Below, one piece after another: positions 14,057 through 26,400 of a DNA stretch of 64,000 nucleotides. The stretch spans positions 1 through 64,000 of the forward strand of contig KZ538428.1 in the NCBI GenBank assembly GCA_000934665.2, in the 5' to 3' direction. The position numbers and the translations under genes were made by a program. Every line of letters begins with the position of its first letter. Within the stretch, counting starts at the first letter, position 1. This stretch comes from Catajapyx aquilonaris. Lineage: Eukaryota. Under the pieces are notes generated by a model, which was not told the DNA's origin, ran no database searches, and worked only from the letters and a program-made list of their open reading frames with translations.

Positions 14057-14209
14057 CACTTGAATCCGGATACAACAGCCTCTCTGCTATAACAGACTCG
14101 AAAGGCTGGTCCCGCCATACCATATATGGTTTGTGTATTCAGCTAGACCTTGGTTATAACATACTGATTTCCGCGGTCCCTTGAAGTTTGTTACATCCAG
14201 ATTCAACGG
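14057..14209. mobile_element. Tigger/pogo-like MITE (same family as 52406-53371)
   Basis: TA|CACTTGAATCCGGATACAAC ... GTTACATCCAGATTCAACGG|TA. Confidence 0.75.
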
Positions 14210-14439
14210 TATAAAAATTATTATTATAAATCCGACACATTCCATCTTACTCCTGTCATTATTTGAAGTCTGAAAAAATTGCAAATTCACATTTTACCCT
14301 TGTATCTCAGTTGATTGTCACTCTTTCACAATCTTAGGTTTCCCCTTTTCAGTCCAACTTTTATGCACCTAAAAATCTTTTGAGCCCAGAGCAAAATACT
14401 GTAGGTGTCCCAAAGATTCTGTCTTATTTGCTATCATTA

Positions 14440-14596
14440 CAGTAAAACCTCGATATAATGCTCTTCAAGGGACTGCGCAAAAGTATTGTTATATGCGGGA
14501 AAATTTACCTCATGGAAATGATCAGGGAATAGGAAAAAAGGGACATAAAAAGCGGGAAAGCGTTACATGCGGGAGCGATATATCGAGGTTTTACTG
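14440..14596. mobile_element. Tigger/pogo-like MITE
   Basis: TA|CAGTAAAACCTCGATATA ... TATATCGAGGTTTTACTG|TA, perfect TIR. Confidence 0.88.
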
Positions 14597-14903
14597 TATA
14601 CCATTCACACCAGGATGTACTACATCGCTCAAAAAGATAGAGACGATTGGCATTTGATTCAAGTGCAAGTTGCACTTGAGTCAAATGCAAAATCGTCTCT
14701 TATCTTTTTGGGCAATATAGTACTATATTGCTCAAAATGATGGGAGATGATTTTGCATTTGGTTTCAATGTAAAATTGTCTTCATCCTTTTGATATTTGA
14801 GTGATATAGCACCACCCTCTACACTGGATTTCTTATACCAGTATTGGCAAGTCAAAACTCCTGACCAGGCAAGAAACACAAATGCTTTTATATGCTTTTT
14901 TAT

Positions 14904-17742
14904 GGGGCATTCCACGTCAACTCCCCCCTCTCCCAGACAAATCTTTTCCGATTTCCACCAAAACTGAGTATGTTGTAGTACACATGGGTGTGAGCAAGGA
15001 ACTCATTTTGTTTGTCCCTGTGATGCGTGGTTGCATAACTACAGGGTATGAAAGGTGGGGACATTTGCAAATTTTGGCTCCATCCCCCTCTTATTGGAAG
15101 GCCATAACTTTGGAAGACTGGGACATATCCAAAATGCGATTAATGGAATGGGAGGCTAATTTAACACCCTTTCAGATGGTATGAGTCACGTTTGTAAAGT
15201 TTTAGAATTTCGAATTAAAGATTGCGTCCAAAAGTTTGATTAATGTTTTTCTCAGAAATTGGCATTTAAAAAAATATTTGAATTGTGCTTAACATGAATC
15301 CTACATTGTGTTATTGACATTTCCTCAAAAAATCGAGAGTACACTGTCTTGTGTTGCTTGTCAACTGAAAAAACATGTTTACGAAGGTTGCCTCTGTCCA
15401 CCCTCAGTTGGGAGGCCCATAATTGTCAGGAGATTGTTACAAATCCGAAATTTGGTTTATGCATTGGGAAGCTATTTTAACTCCCTTTCAGACAGTCGGA
15501 CTCATGTTTGTAAGAAACCAAAATTTTGAATTAAGATGGCGGTCAATATTTTGATTTGTGATTCTCAGAAGATATGGACATTTTTGAAATATGTTGAATT
15601 GCGCTTAAAATGATGCCTGAGATGTTTTCTTGACGTTTCTGAAAAAAACAACGAGAGTAGACTTACAAGGTTTGCCAACTGTAATAATATTTTGTGCGCC
15701 AAATGCGTTCCGTAAATGAGTGACTTCAATTTGCAATAAATTTTCACCTGTATTGTTGCATTAAAATACTCACACCACACATCAGGAGAAAGCCTGAGTA
15801 AGAACTCTACCTGGTTATAATCAAAATCAGTTTTTGGTCTAGTAAAAAAAACACCACGTGAATTGTAAAAGATTCAAATTTTTAATCGCTCCTGAGGAAG
15901 TAAAAAGAGCAAGAATATTTTTCTTCGTGTGGTGTTTTTTACAAGGATAAGGACATTGATGTTTATTATTACCAGGTAGAGTTCTTACATCAGGCTTTCT
16001 CCTGATGTGTGGTGTGAGTATTTTAATGCAACAATATAATGTACGGAAAATGAGAGAATGATCTGACGTCATCAAAGTTTCCATGGAAATATTCTCACAG
16101 AACAATATGAGTAAACTGTCAACAAAAAGCACCAATGTAAGAAACAATGACGTCAGATCGTTCTCTCGTTTTCCGTACATTAAGTGAAAATTTATTGCCA
16201 GTTGAAGTCATTCCATTTACGGAACACGTTTGGCCTACAAAATATTATTACAGTTGGCAAACCTTGCATGTCTATCTCGTTTCCCCCTCAGAAATGTCAA
16301 GAAAATATCTCAGGCATCATTTTAAGATCAATTCTAAATTTTTCAAAAATGTCCAATTTTTGATAATAACATATCAAAATATTGGACACCATCTTTAAGA
16401 ATAATTTTGGTTTCTTACAAACATGAGTCCGACAGTCTGAAAGGGTGTTTCAACAGCTTCCCATCACATGAAAGAAATTTTGGGGTTGTAACAATCTCCC
16501 GACAGTTATGGGCCTCCAACTGAGGGCAGACACAGGCATCATGAGTAAAAATGTTTTAGTTGGCAAATAATAAAGGGAGCGTAGTTTTTTTCTCTTTTTT
16601 TGCGGCAATGTCGATTAAACAACGTAGGCTTGATTTTAAGTGCAATTCAAATTTTTCAAAAATGTCATTTTCTGAGAAAAACATAAATAACTATTTTGGA
16701 TGCCATCTTCAATTTGATATTTTGATATTTAACAAATATTAGTCCGACTCTCTGAAAGGGAGTTAAAATAGCTTCCTAACGCATGAATCAAATTTTAGAT
16801 TTGCAACAATCTCCTGACAATTATGGGCCTCCAACTGAGGGTGGACGGAGGCAACCTTCGTAAACATGTTTTTGCAGTTGACAAACAACACAAGTGTACT
16901 CTCGTTTTTCTGAGGAAATGTCAATAAAACAATGTAGGGTTCATGTTAAGTGCAATTTTAAAAAATACTTAAGTGTCCATTTCTGAGAAAAAAATTAATA
17001 AAATTTTTTGACGTAATCTTTAATTCGAAATTTTACAACTTTACAAACGCGACTCATACAATCTGAAAGGGTGTTAAAATAACCTCCCATACCATTAATC
17101 ACATTTTGGATATGTCACAATCTGGGGAGGTGTAGATGGCCAAGATGGTAACGTCTCGGCTTGCTGAGTGAAAGGCCCCAGGTTCGATCCCCGCCTGAGG
17201 AGTTTCCTTTCACCTGCGTCAGGAGGGTCTCTGATCTGCATGTTGGAGGTGTCTGGCAACCTAACCTCCTGGGGAACAGCACAAGACCCCTTTACAGACC
17301 TTACACTTGCACTCATGTTCCCTCCTCAAAAATCCCTATCCTTACCCATGTCCCTGTCTCCTTGCACTGGTGAGCAAAGAAAAAATAGTACAGAGTTACT
17401 AGATAACTGATGGTGGTGTGCCACCCCCCTAAAAAGGCTTCACCTTATCACAGGGTAACGAAAAACAAAAAAAAAGTCACATCTTCCGAAGTTGTGGCCT
17501 TCCAACAGATGGTGGACGGCCACATCTTCCGAAGTTGTGGCCTTCCAACAGATGGTGGACGGAGCCAAAAGTCGCAAGTATCCGCACATTTCGCACCCTG
17601 TAGTTATGCATCCATGCTCCGCCAGGACAAACAAAATTAGTTCCTTGTCCACACCCATGTGTACTACAGTACAACATACTCGGTTTTAGTGGAAATCGAA
17701 AAAGATTTGTCAGGGAGGGGGTCCAGTTGACATGTATGCCTC
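14904..17742. mobile_element. 2.8-kb fold-back element with long modular arms and nested hairpins
   Basis: GGGGCATTCCACGTCAACT ... AGTTGACATGTATGCCTC; 14904-~15747 mirrors ~16183-17742; inner palindromes at ~15751-16036 and ~16037-16182; contains a SINE and a 43-bp tandem duplication (17478-17562). Confidence 0.85.
17124..17475 (+). mobile_element. tRNA-derived SINE, family A
   Basis: A box TGGCCAAGATGG, B box GGTTCGATCCC, A-rich tail, TSD GTCACA(A)TCT; the empty site is visible in the opposite arm of the host element (~15110-15130). Confidence 0.92.
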
Positions 17743-18254
17743 ATATGCATCCTATTCTGACTGGTTTCATGGACAAATATCAAAAAGTGAAAGCAAATGT
17801 TTCGGTCCCTTACTGCCACAAACAAAGCTGCGAGTGGAAGAGGAATATGTTGAGATTTCTCATACTTGAATTATCAATAGTCAGATATAGTTGCAACATC
17901 ACTACATGTGCTTCCCATACTTTTTGTCTCTGAAGCAGTGTGGTACAAGAACAGCATTGATGTCACCAAAAAGTACTTGAAATTAAAACTTTAATTTGGT
18001 TACATTGCCAGGGGTGATACATCCATAAACTGTTCGCCTCCCTCCTCTTCAATTGGGCAGAAAACCACTTTGCAAACTGTTCAACTGTAGAAACACTGAT
18101 TTTATCCTTCAACACTTTTTAAAAATTCACATTGCACTGGTCTGGCAGGACTAAAATGCCTATAAACCCTTGTAACTTGTAAAGCATGCAGTGTACTAAA
18201 TTACCTGGAAATAAAATATGCAAAGTCATTTAAAAATCATCTGCAGTTCCTTAC

Positions 18255-18422
18255 CTAGAAATTCAAGCCTGTCCTTGGCCATTTCTAAATTGGTCTTCAT
18301 CTTCTGCTGCAGTCTCTGGGCTCTTTCATAGGCTTCTCCCTTTCCAACACAGTCAATGGCCACACCTTTGTCGAGTTCTGCTATGCCCTTCTTGTAAAGT
18401 TCAATGGCCAATTCCTTATTGC
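18255..18422 (-). CDS. SPAST: Spastin coding exon 2 (MIT domain)
   Basis: ttttctttcacag|GC ... CTA G|gtaagg; [25 protein letters not shown]...[25 protein letters not shown]. Confidence 0.96.
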
Positions 18423-18730
18423 CTGTGAAAGAAAATGAGCTGTTAGTATTTAGTCGGTGCAACTGTTTACATTTGAGTTGAACATCATGAGAACAGCAAA
18501 CTATAAAAGACACATACCGGTAATAGTGCAAATATATGGATGACATTTGCACATTAAAATTGATACTGTACTATGAAGGGAGGGGTGCATATTGAATATT
18601 TAGACATTTTATTTAGAACCGATGTCGCTTTCAGTTAGCAATTTTCCATACTAAACTGCTTATTTGTAAGCAGTTACTTTATGGACAACTTAAAATATTA
18701 GCTTTTCAAATTAAGCTGAGTACTAATGTA

Positions 18731-19109
18731 CAGTAGCGCTCATAAAGAATGGTACGACTCTATGGACAAAATGTTTATTCTGTTCCCAACCCCCGGGTCA
18801 CCAGCATGTTGTTAGGGGTCATGAGGAAGGCTGGGAAAGGGCAATTAAAATCAAGAAAAAAAGAGAAGGAAAAAACAAGGCAAAGTAAGAAAATTTAAGG
18901 GGGGAAATTCATCTCAAATCTATGTAAGCATTGTACTACCAGGTTGAACATTTTGGTAATAAAAAATTTCGGAAAAAGTCGGGAGGGGGTCATATGGGTC
19001 GCCAGAGATCTAGGACAAGTTATCCATGGTGTCACGATGAAATCAGGTTGGGAATAATGCTGGCTAGTCAGAATAAACAGAGTCGTACCATTCTTTATGA
19101 CCGGGACTG
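18731..19109. mobile_element. Tc1-type MITE
   Basis: TA|CAGTAGCGCTCATAAAGAATGGTACGACTCT ... AGAGTCGTACCATTCTTTATGACCGGGACTG|TA. Confidence 0.8.
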
Positions 19110-19128
19110 TACATTCATGCTCTGGCCT

Positions 19129-19305
19129 GAACTCTGCCGTCAGATGTAAGAAGACCGTAACTCAAAAACTACTAAGAGCGAAAGTTGCAGGCACGCCCTG
19201 CACTAATCCCCTTTGAGTCAGGGTGGATTAGTGCAGGGCATGCATGCGACTTGCGCCCGTACTAGTTTTTGAGTTACGGTCTTCTTACATCTGACGGCAG
19301 AACTG
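19129..19305. mobile_element. Palindromic MITE related to 7736-7912
   Basis: Same core (GCCCTGCACTAATCCC..TGAGTCA..GGATTAGTGCAGGGC) and CTCTGCCGTC ends. Confidence 0.85.
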
Positions 19306-22300
19306 CAATGAATTTCCATGCACAAAACATAATTATGGCAATCGACCTATTTTGACCCTTTGGCATCTTATGTCAATGGTTAAATCCACGTTCTGCAGAC
19401 TACACCCTCAAATCATACTTGTAAAATATGCATCTATTCCACTAATCTTATAAACTAATTTTTGATAACTCCTACAACTGGCTAGCAAGTGGCTCATCTT
19501 TAAAATATGCTGATACAGACACTTCCCTTGGAACATATTGAGTGATTGTTGAAGTTCTTATAAAAGGCCTTTCAAAAATTAAATATTACATTTGTGCAGA
19601 GTGCAAACTTTGATTTCACAATGGAATCCAAAATGTTAAATGTGTTACTAAAACTTCGACCCCTTTGATTTATTTTGAATGACCCCTAAAGTAAAGCCTG
19701 GTAAGATCATTTTATGCTATATAAAAAAAAAACTGAGGGTAACATCAGTTCCTTGTCAACTATTCAAATGACATGTTCGGACCCATGGCCTCAGATTCAG
19801 TACGCCTTCAGGACATCAAACGCAAGTATTTTAACAAAATAATCTTGTCAACATACAAGCTTCTATTATAAAGTGCCAATGTTAAAAACTCACAAAATTT
19901 GGGATGGAATTTTAAAACCAATGCACTTGAAAAACATTCAATTGCTTTGTCGCATTTAATTTCACTGTGGCTGGCAAAATTTACAGACATCTAGGCAAAC
20001 CTGTGTATGACTACAAAAAGTACCTATTCAAACTTGCTGCACCCTGTAAATAAGCAACCACCCTCTAAGACAGGTATAAACATCCGTTTATATCATTATG
20101 GTCACAAAAATGTAAATCATTGTCAAATTGAGGGATGTCAGGTAAACTTTCAGACCTGTGATATTTGTGAATACCTCTGCATAATGGGGGATTTCTCCAA
20201 ATTCAGTTGATACATAATCTGGCCCTTTTTACTCAGGTAATATTCAAGGGACTAAAATCTTGCATCCACTTGTTTTCATTCTGTTTCCTTTCCCATTTAC
20301 CTCAATTTCCTTCACATTCTATTCAATCCTTTTCTTCAATGAATTAGACTGATTCAATTACATTCAATTCCATTCCCTAGCCAGGGATTCACTCGGAATT
20401 ACTTCCTATTAGGAAGCAGACCCCATCTCTGCTTTAAGTCGGCCATAAATTTTTCAACCACCCACTACATGCACACAGCAGCACCTGCAGTTTTCTGTCT
20501 CTCAGTTCTTCCACTAGATGCAACCTACGCCTAGCTCACACCTCCAACACTAATTATCTCTGGTCATGCTAATTGCACTCCAGATCCCACATTCCTAGGT
20601 TGTTAAATGATAATTATGCACCTGGAAGGCATGGTCAAAACAAGTGAATTCCTTGCATGCTTTATGCTAGCATCACTCCATGGCAAGCTGGATCAGTGGA
20701 ATTTTATTTCACATTTTGTAAATGTCAGATTTGATACTGTATGCATGCCATAAAGGCATGTGCAAATTGGACTCCTTCCCCATTATGAGTATCTAAATCA
20801 TGTTGATCTCAGACATTTAACGATTATCCTATGATAATGTGGCAGTAAGCCAAAACTGATATGCCATTCAACCAGCTTATCTACTGTGTACCTAGCACAC
20901 ACTGGTAGTCCTACCGCAAAACCAATACCGGTACTGATTAACCCCCATACAGACGCGTCCACCCACACACACCGTTTGCCAAGGTCCCTGTACTCTTGTG
21001 ACCTTTGCAATGACTGTCATCAGAAACCGGTCCTCCCACATACAGCATATATGCAGCCTTTTCGCCTGCATCCTATCAATATAATAATGTGGGATCCTCG
21101 CGAAAATACGACTCACCTACGTTCGTGTGCAATAACAGAAATTACTCAACTCTCTACAAATGGCATGACACTTATAAAGGATCTCCACACGCTTCAAATC
21201 TTCCAACCTTTCCTTTTTCGCCGGCAAGTCCCCTCAAAAAGGGATCTACTCGCCCGTGAAAATAACAAATCCATGAACAGGATTTCCACTCAAGAACTGT
21301 AACGCCCGGAATGAGCCCCCCAATCATTAAATTTATGGCCCGGAAGTCTCAAATTCCCGCTCCAGCCGCCTTTGAAAATTGCTAATGCCTCTCACACCTG
21401 CAGCGATAAGGAGCCGATAGAAACTGCATAATTTCTAACCCGGCCCCACTTTGTATAACGATCCTATAGATCTGCACAATGCAGGGAAACAAATGGCGTG
21501 TTAAAAATCCGGGGTTAAAAAGGTCCATATGAGCCCCCCCTTTTGACATCAAACCCTCTCTCATATCAACGTCAAGCACTATTTTCCTTTTGTAGGTCAG
21601 CGGGTACTATCCCCTCCTTCCGATCGATGGGGACCTTCCATAAGGGACGCCTTACACGTTTGCCTTGCCCTACTTGGCTCCAGACTGTCCTCCAAACCCA
21701 TACTGTACCTGCGGATTACGAACATGCGGGAAAATGCACCACCCTGCAAAGTTTGGGGGGGTCATTTCGGGCCTTCCGCACAAATGATTATCATGGCACA
21801 GCTTTTCAAAGTACCGCGCAGGGGGGTAATTACGGCCTGCTGGGATCACTCGACGCGTGGCTATTCGCAAATGGCGCTAGTTGGCCCCCCTCTCTAAAAT
21901 TGTGGGGTGTCACTTGAGACATGATTCATTAGACGAACCGAGACGGACGCATGTCGACGCTCAAGTCATCATCAAGGATGTGCCCTTTAGTCCACCGAAT
22001 GAATAGGAACAATGTTGTGCGTCTCGAATCGATTTCCGGCTCCGCTCCCCCCTAAAGCCTAAACGATCCGGCCGCTTGTGTTCAATTCCACACCAGACTT
22101 CCCCAATCTTTTGAGATTACGCCTGACAAGCCCCGACCAAAAAAAAAAAAGGGGGGGGGGGGGGGGGGGAANGAAAGCGGGGGAGCTCCCTGATGCTCCC
22201 AAACCTTATCGACACGCTTTACTGCCTTCTTCCCCGCCTCCCAGAGAAACTTTCTACTCTATTCCTACCTAACTTCCACCGCTCCAAAGCTTTTGTAATA

Positions 22301-24862
22301 TGGACCAAATCCAGAAGTTTGTCCCAAATTATTTAAGAACTCTCCACAATAGCCTGTGGTGCTGCAGATTCTAAACTGCTCCCAGATGGGGGTCCTCTTT
22401 TTTTATTCTTTAAGAAAAAATAATTACATCACGTTCCCTGACTAAATGGCGTAATTAAAAAAGTTTTGTCGCGGTGATTGGACAAGCAATTGCATGATGA
22501 TAAAATTCTCTCGAGCATCTGATATGTCTTGATGGAGAGTTTGACCTAATAATCTTGCCGAAAACTGCACAGGGTCATGAAAGAATGGTTGCATAATATG
22601 GTACTATTTATAGTCATGAACCTCACTTGGATAATCACTATTGACTGGTCTGGAGTCCACAATGCATGCAAATTGTTAGATCGTGCAGAGGTAAAGTCCC
22701 ACTAATGTCCCAAATAAATTCCTCACATGCTTACTTACTACTTAATGAGATTGTTAGATGTGACTAATGTGGACGAACATGGTGCTGAAGCACATGCAGC
22801 GAAAATGTAAATGTCGCGCAACAAAGTCGTGAAAATTATGTTCTATTGTGCTAGTACCACCAACATGTAGTACAAGCTTTTGTAGAAGCTGGTAAATTTT
22901 CATACACCACAGAACCTGTCTATTTTTGTCTTGAGGGGAGAAGACATGTGAAAGCCAGCTATTATCGCCAGCTGATTTGACCAGATTTGACTACTTAACA
23001 CTTATCTCCCTTCAAGACAGAATGCAGATTTTCTGCTGAGGTGATATAGAATTTTAATAGCGGATATGTTTCCATTGATTCGGAGCATTCTGAGTAGTAT
23101 GTAATTGACAGGTTTCACAACAACAACGGCAATTTAACCTTCACATTCTGCTTGTCACAAAAGTTGTGACTGCTGGTAAAATTGAGCTGCATGACTTCAT
23201 ACTTCAATTTCTGCCTTAGGGGATAAAAGAGTAGGCGAAAGTGGGTGGTGATAACAGCTGGTGTACAGCATGCTAAGATCGTAGTGTCCAATATACATAC
23301 TCCTGCCAACCTTTAGGTAAATATGAACATGTCTGATGTGATGCGGCACAACCGTGGGCACAACTTTACTGGCAGTGACTACTTGTGAGTCAAGCAATAC
23401 TTTAAAGAATCAACCTCGAAAGTATTCTGCATTCGTCCTGCTACACTGCAAGTTATTCAACATAGAAGGAAACTTTTAGCCACAAATATTTTTGTATTCT
23501 GAAGGTGTTCCTAATGGAACCCAGCCAGCATCCTCCTGCCCCATATGTAGCAACACTTTGAATGAAATGGCATGATTCAAGGTCACAGACAACTCCCCCC
23601 CCATGACTACAGCAAACCATAGGCACAAAATAGACATGTAGTGTACTGTACCTTCACCTGGTATTCAGAAAGAAAGAGGGGGGGGGGGGAATCAGCAAAG
23701 GACAACTAAAATGCAGGGCTGACCAGTGCAATACAAAAAATTAGGTTGGGCCAGCTGCCTTATATGACTTGTTGACTCACACCTTTCCAATGGTCTAGTT
23801 ACAGATGTCAAGTGCATACAATTTTGCTTTCCAGGCTCAACCAACTCCGTAAAGATGAAATACAACCGGAATTAATTTAATTTAACATGTCACGATCTAA
23901 AACTTTCTGACTAGTACTTCAATTAGCTTTTCATCCTTGCAGTTTGATGATTTGAACAAGAAAGTTTTGACAGGACAAGGTCACATTCCCAAGAAACTGG
24001 TACAGTACTGTATGTACAATTTCCTAAAGTGGCTTCAAACCATATAAAATGCTATCATGTAAGCCAAAGGTTCCCAGCCAGGAGGGTAGCAATTCACATG
24101 AGGGTCATAAGGGCTGTTCGGGAAGGTTGCAGGAAGGATTAAACTTAGTGAAAAACCGTTTTTGGGTTCAATAAAATGGACAGTGAAGCAGCCTGAAGTA
24201 ATGTGAATAATTTTTAATAATTTCTAGGAGCCCCCACTGGTTGTCTAACTAGGAAATAACTTCACTATCACAACTGTTTGGGAATCACAAGGTATCATTT
24301 AATCGCCTTTAATAATGCATTTAAAAATAATAATATTACAGTTGCTTTTGGATAAACTATGCTAGACCTGCAGCCTTCAGGGAATCTTTTAAATGCAGGT
24401 TTTATTAACATTGCACTGCTGTTGGGTTTTGAGAGTGGGAGGGAATGGGAGAACCCCGAGGAGCGGGCACGAACAGAGGGCAGTCTATTGAAATGCTTTC
24501 CAAATGAAAAGATTTTCTGCCTCACCTGAGAATAAAACTTACGACCTTCTAGGTGGTTTGGCTGTGCTGTAAACTATTATTCCACTCTGCCACCCTATAC
24601 AGTATAATAATGATAATAGATAGGGCTAGAGTTGCGGATTTGGAAGGGAGCGGCCGAGGCAAGCCCCACCTGTATGGCAACCCTGTCTAATTACAATTTG
24701 GTTCAGCTGCGATTCACTAAATTTCTGAATGAATGCAATAATATATAAATTTGGAACATGGACGGGGATAGCACAAGATCATTTGTTGTGGCACGATATG
24801 TACGACTAGAATTGACTAAATTTAAGTGGCGCATGATACAGGCAGGAAATGCTATCATAAAT

Positions 24863-25092
24863 GAATAGCCCAACAGAACAAGGGCCCAACTCCATTCCCA
24901 ATATAATTCCCTGCTTTGCTCGTGGGTCCTATCGGAGTGAAAATCACAGGATACGATGCCATGGCGATTTCAGGCTTATTCACTTTACTTCCGCACGTGT
25001 ACCTCAAATAGTTTACAAATGGCGATTTTTTCTTATACCCCCACCTATTTTCCACCATGATGGAGTTGGGCCCTTGTTCTGTTGGGCTATTC
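24863..25092. mobile_element. MITE with a 4-bp AAAT TSD (Sola-like)
   Basis: AAAT|GAATAGCCCAACAGAACAAGGGCCCAACTCCAT ... perfect reverse complement|AAAT. Superfamily inferred from the AWWT TSD only. Confidence 0.8.
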
Positions 25093-25529
25093 AAATGCAT
25101 TTTCAAATCATGTCCATACCAAGGACCTATACCCTCTGCTGTCATGGGGTGTATCAGATTCACACCCCTTCCCCAAAACAAAAAGCGGCTAAATCCAGTA
25201 GAATGCATAAATTCCACACAACAGATTCTCAGTGGAAAAAACCATTTAACTTCATAGCAGTGCTATTAGATATTGGCGTCTATACATGCAAAGTACACAA
25301 TGGTTGATAATAAAAGCGATGTAAACATGTCTGACAAAAAATTTCAATTTTTAAAGAATTCTGGCTTTTCTTTCTTATTTAATTTCATTCGTTCCGACAA
25401 CTACCACACAGTTGACATGCCCTGACAGGTGTCCTAATCACTCGCTTCAAACGCAATGTCAAGCAACGCCACAACACCGAAACATCCATAATCACATCAA
25501 CTCATAAAAAAGTGATTCCATACCACTAC

Positions 25530-25986
25530 CTTCATTCTCCTCATCAATCCTGAGTGCCTTGGAGATGTACTCAAAGGCTCTGCGGTGATGATGCTTCTGT
25601 CGTGCCAACAAGGGATCGCCTGGACCACCACCAAGGAAATGTGCCATGTCGTCTGCACTGGAAGCGGCACTCACCTCACCTTTGCTAACCAAGTCCACAG
25701 GACAGGTGGCACCTTGCTTGCTGTAACTGTTCCTAGCCCTAACCACAATGTGTGAAGCTGACTCGTAAACACTCTGACACAACACGTATATCTGGTAGAT
25801 GAGCGAACGAAGCACGTTAAAGAAGAATATCACAGGGAGGGAGAATAGATACAAATTCTTTTTGTGGACCGAGGAATAGTCGGATCTCGGTCCTCGATCC
25901 TCCGGTTTTTTGGACCTCTTAGGAGACCGAGTGCTGCCCCTCCGAAGCATCCGGCCACTATCACCCTCGAGGTACTCGAACGACAT
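25530..25986 (-). CDS. SPAST: Spastin coding exon 1 (hydrophobic hairpin and MIT helix 1)
   Basis: SVHKKNLYLFSLPVIFFFNVLRSLIYQ and DPLLARQKHHHRRAFEYISKALRIDEENEG match arthropod spastin; donor GAA G|gtagtg is in phase with exon 2. The start could be 25986 or 25950. Confidence 0.95.
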
Positions 25987-26400
25987 CCAGCCCCGGTGAC
26001 GTCATGCAAACAAAACAACACGCTCCGAGCTTCTGGCGGGTGGGTTCCTCAACACTGCGCGCCTCCATTCTGTCTGCCTGCGCTCTGCCAGGGGCCAGTC
26101 AGGGGGGGAAAAAGCGCGGGCGTATCAAGCTGCAATGCATTTGGGCATGGCTGCTCATTCATTGGATGTGCGCGCAGTATTAGATGCACGTGACAATGGC
26201 ACGGAGTGTATGACGTGATGTGGCGGCTGTGGCAGTCAGGAATGGGTCGTTTTTCTTCGACGCCCATGAATTTTCAGCAATGGACTATAGATGGCACTGG
26301 CGACGTTGCAGATCCACAAACCAGAGTTCGAACTCGCAGAAGCGGGCTTTGGATTAGTGGATTTTATTACGTGTTTCAGTACCGCCTACCGGCCATGTTT
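25987..26400 (-). promoter_or_regulatory. Probable spastin 5'UTR/promoter (CpG-rich)
   Basis: CpG-rich relative to flanks, CRE TGACGTCA near 25997, no obvious splice acceptor upstream of the ATG. Confidence 0.55.

Noticed and set aside
17124..17205. tRNA-like sequences here and at the other SINE heads
   Set aside because: A/B boxes are present, but the cloverleaf is imperfect and each is followed by a SINE body, tail and usually a TSD; not tRNA genes.
17478..17562. 43-bp direct repeats (also 7948-8033) as CRISPR-like arrays
   Set aside because: Two adjacent copies with no spacers in eukaryotic DNA; simple tandem duplications.
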